Both the position numbers and the translations under genes were made by a program. From the NCBI GenBank assembly GCA_022562075.1, contig JADFPZ010000001.1:1-47800 (forward strand): a stretch of 47,800 nt of DNA, given 5' to 3'. Positions within the stretch are counted from its first letter, which is position 1. The number at the start of each line of letters is the position of its first letter. The stretch comes from Candidatus Zixiibacteriota bacterium (GTDB lineage Bacteria > Zixibacteria > MSB-5A5 > GN15 > FEB-12). The notes under the pieces were generated by a model. That model saw only the letters and a program-made list of their open reading frames with translations. It had not been told where the DNA came from and did no database searches. Below are positions 43,261 through 47,800 of this stretch, one piece after another.

Positions 43261-44112
43261 ATGGCCTCCGCTATTTCAAAAAATGCTGTTATAATTGAGA
43301 GGTGCGCTCTTTGTAAAATCGATCTGAAAGGTCGCTTTGCTTATCTGGACGAAGAGTTCATGTCACTCACCGGATACAGCGATGAGGAGCTGCTCGGCAA
43401 ATCAATCTCCAAAATCCTGGATGCCGATAGCGGTGAGCTGATTCGTAGTCTGGTCACTGACCGAAACCACTACGATACTTTTTTTGATTCTGTAAAGCTG
43501 ACAGTCATTACCAAGCAAAATAGAAAGCTGAGCTTATGCGCAGTTGTATCCTTAAATTTCATTGGTGGTAACCCGGTTAATCTTCAGATGATTCTTACCA
43601 AAGCAAGTGTCTCTGAGCGAAGCGAGGTTTACGCGGCTCCGGATCAGAGTTCTTTAGATTTCCTGTCAATCCTGTCCGAAATGGATGATTTTAAAAATCT
43701 GAATGAGCTTTTGCAATCAATACGCGGCTTTACCGGCGCAGGGCAGCTAGGGCTTTATGATTATGACAACAACACTATGTCATTAAAGATATCAGTAAAT
43801 GATGAAAACAATGCTCAATATGCTAACTCTGAAATACCCTCTACTTCTATTGTACAGCTCATGGTGGCCGATTCCGGTAACAATTACAGCTATACTGATG
43901 ATAAGGCTGTCCAGAAAGCTATTGAAAAAAGCGGTAGTGCGCCGCAGGAATTCGTAACTTCGTTTATCACTAACTCAAACAATCAGTTTGTCTTGCGGTT
44001 TATTTATGATGACAAAATAGAGGGAAATGAGGCAGTTGCGGCAGTCAGCAAAGCCGCTATAGGCTCGAAAATCCTTCAAAAATTGATTGACCTAATCGGC
44101 AATATTGACTGA
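43261..44112 (+). CDS. PAS-domain protein with a GAF-like second half and no output domain
   Basis: IDLKGRFAYLDEEFMSLTGYSDEELLGKSISKIL is a PAS N-cap/core pattern. The remaining ~150 aa are not recognisable with confidence. Confidence 0.55.
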   Translation: MASAISKNAVIIERCALCKIDLKGRFAYLDEEFMSLTGYSDEELLGKSISKILDADSGELIRSLVTDRNHYDTFFDSVKLTVITKQNRKLSLCAVVSLNFIGGNPVNLQMILTKASVSERSEVYAAPDQSSLDFLSILSEMDDFKNLNELLQSIRGFTGAGQLGLYDYDNNTMSLKISVNDENNAQYANSEIPSTSIVQLMVADSGNNYSYTDDKAVQKAIEKSGSAPQEFVTSFITNSNNQFVLRFIYDDKIEGNEAVAAVSKAAIGSKILQKLIDLIGNID

Positions 44113-44244
44113 TTGGCAGCAATTTTGGTCGATTTTTGAGGAGAATTCTTCAAATATCGGTCCTAAGTGATTATCCGACTTGACAAAATCGAACTGACCG
44201 CTTTCTTTCGAGCTTCCTTATAATAGAGAGAACCAGGATAGCTA

Positions 44245-45120
44245 ATGAATTCAATGACCGGTTTCGGCAAAGCCGAAATCAAGACAAAATCAGTTCACTG
44301 CTCGGCAGAGATTACCAGTTTCAATAACCGCTTTTTGGAAATGTCTATCAGATTGCCCAGGCAGATTTCGGCTCTTGAGGCTCCGCTGAGAGAATTAATA
44401 TCTAAAAAAGTAAGCCGGGGCAAAGTCACGATTTTTGTGAACTGCGAGAAAACCGGCCCAAATTCTCAAAAATACAGTATCAATGCAGAAGCTTTCGAAG
44501 CCTATAACAATCAGCTTATAAAAATTAAAAAGAAGCTGAGACTAAAAGGGGAGATTGATATAGGGAACTTGCTTTCGTTTCCGTCGATTTGTGAGTCACC
44601 TTCAAATTCGACGGATATCAAAGAAATCTGGCCTCAGATTAAGAAAGCTGTAGAACAGGCACTGGGGCAATTATCAAAAATGCGCTCTATTGAAGGCTCT
44701 GCTCTGGCAAAAGATATGGCAGCTCGAGTCGGAAGAACTCTAAATATGCTCAAAGCGATAAAATCTGCCTCATCAAATTCTGCTAAAAACTACCGCAAAA
44801 AACTTTCGAAGCGTATTGAGGAAGTCCTCACCAACGGCAAATTAGACCGTACCCGTCTGGAGCAGGAGGTGGCGATTCTGGCAGAAAAGGCAGACATCTC
44901 CGAAGAATGCACCCGCTTTGAGAGCCACGCACGACAGTTCGGAAAAACTTTGAAAGCAAAAGGTGAAATAGGCAAAAAGCTGAATTTTATTTTGCAGGAG
45001 ATGAACCGCGAAGTAAATACAATGTCCTCAAAGTGCTCAGAGTATGCGGTTGCCAAAGTAGCCCTGGAAATGAAAGAAGAGGTTGAGAAACTTCGCGAAC
45101 AGGTTCAAAATGTGGAATAG
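44245..45120 (+). CDS. yicC: YicC-family stress-induced protein (endoribonuclease YicC)
   Basis: MNSMTGFGKAE..., C-terminal GKKLNFILQEMNREVNTMSSK. Confidence 0.9.
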   Translation: MNSMTGFGKAEIKTKSVHCSAEITSFNNRFLEMSIRLPRQISALEAPLRELISKKVSRGKVTIFVNCEKTGPNSQKYSINAEAFEAYNNQLIKIKKKLRLKGEIDIGNLLSFPSICESPSNSTDIKEIWPQIKKAVEQALGQLSKMRSIEGSALAKDMAARVGRTLNMLKAIKSASSNSAKNYRKKLSKRIEEVLTNGKLDRTRLEQEVAILAEKADISEECTRFESHARQFGKTLKAKGEIGKKLNFILQEMNREVNTMSSKCSEYAVAKVALEMKEEVEKLREQVQNVE

Positions 45121-45140
45121 CAGTTTCAGGTACAGGGCGG

Positions 45141-45776
45141 ATGAATAAAGAAACACCGGGTAAAATAGTGATAATTTCATCTCCGTCAGGCGGCGGTAAA
45201 ACTTCTATCTGTCAGGGACTCTTGACAGAAGAGCGCAAAAGCCAGGGCTGGGGATTTTCGATTTCTTGCACTACCCGGCCAAGGCGCCAGGGCGAACAGC
45301 ACGGCCGGGAATATTTTTTCGTGACAGAAAAGGAGTTTGACAAAAAGGCAGAAGACGGTTTTTTTGCAGAGCACTTCCCGGTTCACTTGTACAAATATGG
45401 TACGCCAAAAGAACAACTGGACAAAGTAGTGAAAGAAGGCGGCGTGATTCTTCTGGATGTTGACGTGCAGGGAGCGGCCAAAATTCGCCGGAAGTATCCC
45501 GATGCAATTTCGATTTTTGTACTGCCGCCATCAAAGGAAAGTCTAAAAGAGCGGCTGCAAAGACGCGGAACCGAGACTCCTGAGCAGTTAGATGTCCGCT
45601 ACAACACCGCCAGGCAGGAAATGAACAAGTACAGCGATTTTGAGTATACTGTAATAAATGAAAAGTTGGAATCAGCCATTTCTGAGGTTTTAGGCATAAT
45701 TTCCGGCCACCCGGGCTCAATAAAATCTCGGACTGAAAATATTAATATGGAACAAATAAATACAATTATTGGTTAA
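45141..45776 (+). CDS. gmk: Guanylate kinase
   Basis: P-loop SSPSGGGKTS, TTRPRRQGEQHGREYFFV, LDVDVQGA. Confidence 0.93.
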   Translation: MNKETPGKIVIISSPSGGGKTSICQGLLTEERKSQGWGFSISCTTRPRRQGEQHGREYFFVTEKEFDKKAEDGFFAEHFPVHLYKYGTPKEQLDKVVKEGGVILLDVDVQGAAKIRRKYPDAISIFVLPPSKESLKERLQRRGTETPEQLDVRYNTARQEMNKYSDFEYTVINEKLESAISEVLGIISGHPGSIKSRTENINMEQINTIIG

Positions 45777-45803
45777 GCTTTTAAATTAATTGGAGAAGAC
45801 AAA

Positions 45804-46031
45804 ATGGAAAGACCATCAATAGAAAAACTTGAAAAATTGGGCTTAAATCGTTATGAGGCAATCATTGTCGCCGCCCAGCATGCCCGCTTTTTGAACAGCA
45901 AACGTCTGAAACAGCTCGAATTGCTGGAGCAGGACCCCTCGATTGATATCGATTCCAGAAAAATTACTATGCGCGCTCTTAAAGAAGTTTTGGATGGAAA
46001 GGTTAAGTTTGAGCGCACAGACTCGATGTAG
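45804..46031 (+). CDS. rpoZ: DNA-directed RNA polymerase subunit omega
   Basis: 75 aa, NRYEAIIVAAQHARFLN. Conserved yicC-gmk-rpoZ order. Confidence 0.8.
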   Translation: MERPSIEKLEKLGLNRYEAIIVAAQHARFLNSKRLKQLELLEQDPSIDIDSRKITMRALKEVLDGKVKFERTDSM

Positions 46032-46069
46032 TAAGGTATATTTCTTAAAATTTAACTAAAGGGTTGTTA

Positions 46070-47413
46070 ATGGCCAAAAATCTTGTCATAGTTGAGTCTC
46101 CTGCCAAAACAAAAACGCTTAGCCGTTTTTTGGGCAAACAGTATGAAATAAAAGCAACTGTTGGTCACATTATGGATCTGCCGAAATCAAGGCTCGGTAT
46201 TGATGTTGATAACGGATTCGTGCCAGACTACGACATTATTAAGGGCAAAGAAAAGATAATCAAAGAGCTCCAGAAAGCTGCCAAGGGTGCCGAGCAGATT
46301 TTCCTTGCCCCCGACCCTGACCGCGAAGGTGAGGCTATTGCCTGGCATGTAGCGACACTCCTGAATGGCAAGGGCAAAGGCAAAGCCAAAATTCACCGCA
46401 TCTCTTTTAATGAAATAACCAAAACGGCAGTACTTGAGGCAATCAAGAATCCACGCAAAATTGATATGAACAAAGTCAACGCCCAGCAGGCCAGACGTGT
46501 GCTGGATAGAATAGTTGGCTATACTGTTTCGCCATTTTTATGGAAGACAATCGCCCGCAATCTTTCGGCCGGCCGGGTACAGTCGGTAGCTCTTCGCCTG
46601 ATTTGCGAGCGCGAACAAGAGATTGATGCCTTTAAGGAAGAAGAATACTGGCAGATTATGACTAAACTTGAGACGGCCAAAAAAATCGCTTTTGAGGCAC
46701 GGGTCTACAAGATTGGCGGAAAAACTGTGGGAACGCCAATAGATTCTATCAAGAACAAGATTATTGTCAAATCAGAAAAAGCAGTTAAGAAATATATCAC
46801 GGAACTTCAAAAATACGATTATACCGTCAAAGAAGTCTCAAAAACCGAAAAAAGCTGCAAGCCCTATGCGCCGTTTATAACTTCAACGTTGCAGCAGGAA
46901 GCTGCCAGGGTGATGGGCATTGCACCAAAACATACTATGGGCATAGCCCAGAAACTTTATGAAGGTGTCGAGCTGGGCAAGGAAGGTTCTGTCGGTCTGA
47001 TAACTTATATGCGTACAGACTCCACCCGTATCGCAGACGTGGCTATAAAATCTGTGCGGCAGCATATTGAATCAGAATATGGTAAAAATTATCTGCCCGC
47101 TAAGCCGAATGTCTACGGTAAGAAAAAAGGTTCCCAGGACGCGCACGAAGCCATTCGCCCGACTTATATGAACACGCAATCAGTTGATGGAGAGAATGCA
47201 GAAATGCGATTGTATGAATTGATATGGAAAAGAACGATTGCATCGCAAATGAGTGATGCGGAACTTGAAAAAACTGTTGTCACTATTGATGTCTCCACAA
47301 CTTCAGAAAATTTTGTTGCACGTGGAGAAGTGATGAAGTTTGATGGTTTTCTCAAGGTCTATTTAGAATTTAAAGATGATGGTAGTGAAGAGATGGGAAA
47401 AGGCGTTTTGCCG
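46070..47413 (+). CDS. topA: DNA topoisomerase I, N-terminal ~450 aa only (3' part missing beyond the junction at ~47,410)
   Basis: MAKNLVIVESPAKTKTL (Toprim), DPDREGEAIAWH, RRVLDRIVGY, GRVQSVALRLI, active-site GLITYMRTDS, ...FDGFLKVYLEFKDDGSEEMGKGVLPP. The recognisable TopA sequence stops there. The remaining SRSKKCSDSSMSGNASATTTRVAS...* up to 47530 is unrelated. The start is taken at ATG 46070 rather than TTG 46064. Confidence 0.85.
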
Positions 47414-47415
47414 CC
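47405..47415. other. Right compositional / reading-frame breakpoint (position +/- 10 nt)
   Basis: TopA similarity ends here. Codon style switches to G/C-ending, and a different frame becomes the coding-looking one. Confidence 0.55.
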
Positions 47416-47745
47416 AAGTCGGTCGAAGAAATGCTCGGACTCATCTATGAGCGGGAACGCATCCGCTACGACCACTCGCGTCGCATCGATTACGAAAGCG
47501 CCCAATCCGGAACGCTTCTGCTGGAAATAGGAGCGTGGCAGATAGGACTCAATCCCCAAATAGACAAGACACGTAGCCAAATCCAAGGCGATATCCTGAA
47601 TCTGGAACGGGAACGACGCATGGAAGAAGTCGCCTGCTGGCGCGATATCACTCGCCTCAAGGGAGACCTGCGCGAAGCCTTGAGGGACTTCGACCAGGAA
47701 AAAAGAAAGGAACACCTTATCACAAGTCAAGATGGAAGTACGTGA
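47413..47745 (+). CDS. Hypothetical protein, C-terminal fragment (5' part cut by the junction)
   Basis: The frame is open back to 47389. ...AKSVEEMLGLIYERERIRYDHSRRIDYESAQSGTLLLEIGAWQIGLNPQIDKTRSQIQGDILNLERERRMEEVACWRDITRLKGDLREALRDFDQEKRK... G/C-ending codons. The stop TGA at 47743-47745 overlaps the next ATG. Confidence 0.4.
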   Translation, partial: AKSVEEMLGLIYERERIRYDHSRRIDYESAQSGTLLLEIGAWQIGLNPQIDKTRSQIQGDILNLERERRMEEVACWRDITRLKGDLREALRDFDQEKRKEHLITSQDGST

Positions 47746-47800
47746 ACTCTGCCGGAAATTGAAACCGATCATCGGCGACCGCGCCATCGCCTCCGACCCG
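47732..47800 (+). CDS. Hypothetical protein, first 23 codons only (runs off-window)
   Basis: ATG 47732 overlaps the previous stop by 14 nt (ATGGAAGTACGTGA), giving MEVRELCRKLKPIIGDRAIASDP. The KLKPI(I/L)G start vaguely recalls some HerA/DUF87-type ATPase N-termini, from memory only and not verifiable here. Confidence 0.3.
   Translation, partial: MEVRELCRKLKPIIGDRAIASDP

Noticed and set aside
44181-44224. TTGACA (44180-44185) and TATAAT (44219-44224) upstream of yicC as a promoter pair.
   Set aside because: The spacing is ~33 nt, far outside the 16-19-nt range. TATAAT alone may still act as a -10 element, but no acceptable -35 lies at the right distance.
455-47415. The idea that the 46.9-kb A/T-richer block is a genomic island or mobile element inserted into a G/C-richer host.
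   Set aside because: The block is full of core single-copy housekeeping genes (smc, ftsY, trxA, gmk, rpoZ, mnmA, topA). It carries no integrase, transposase or conjugation genes and no flanking direct or inverted repeats or tRNA. Its own genes are truncated at both edges. A chimeric or artificial join is more parsimonious.
47413-47530. The last ~40 codons of the ORF-track topA model (SRSKKCSDSSMSGNASATTTRVAS...).
   Set aside because: There is no similarity to TopA after ...GVLPP. This is accidental read-through into the foreign-looking segment, so topA is called truncated at ~47,410.
47359-47787. 142-aa and 77-aa minus-strand ORFs at the right end.
   Set aside because: They span the junction and are antisense to the better-looking plus-strand frame with coupled genes. 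Long spurious ORFs are expected in G/C-richer sequence.

Overview
No single clearly novel system stands out, and I saw no RNA genes, CRISPR arrays or mobile-element genes. The most noteworthy items are listed at the end of this summary. All calls come from reading the sequence and the ORF translations by eye; nothing was computed or searched.

The central ~46.9 kb (about nt 465-47,405) is A/T-leaning, roughly low-40s % GC by eye. It reads as ordinary chromosome from an uncultivated-looking diderm bacterium. Two proteins carry T9SS-type C-terminal sorting domains, which points to the FCB superphylum.

Main contents of the central block:
- One giant 3011-aa T9SS cargo protein.
- A 7-gene minus-strand cluster: dtd, maf, rodZ, a hypothetical gene, smc, ftsY and a broken rlmH.
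- trxA, a rhomboid protease, a receiver-like gene pair and ccdA.
- A DUF2064-like and creatininase-like gene pair, an outer-membrane barrel protein, and pabB-pabC.
- An ECF sigma, anti-sigma and HtrA-like operon, followed by tamB-tamA, nifS-mnmA and an MBL hydrolase.
- An AsmA-like protein, a T9SS-tagged S8 protease and a PAS protein.
- yicC-gmk-rpoZ-topA.

The first ~460 nt and the last ~390 nt are visibly G/C-richer and use different codons. Both transitions cut genes mid-frame, so the ends look like chimeric or foreign joins.

Most noteworthy:
1. The giant protein: 27 Cys-rich repeats, then a cohesin-like domain, a dockerin and a T9SS sorting domain.
2. An HtrA homologue with all three catalytic residues replaced, sitting in the ECF sigma operon.
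3. rlmH with three lesions.
4. A receiver-like gene with Asn at the phospho-acceptor position, separated from the next ORF by a single in-frame stop.
5. The two end junctions.
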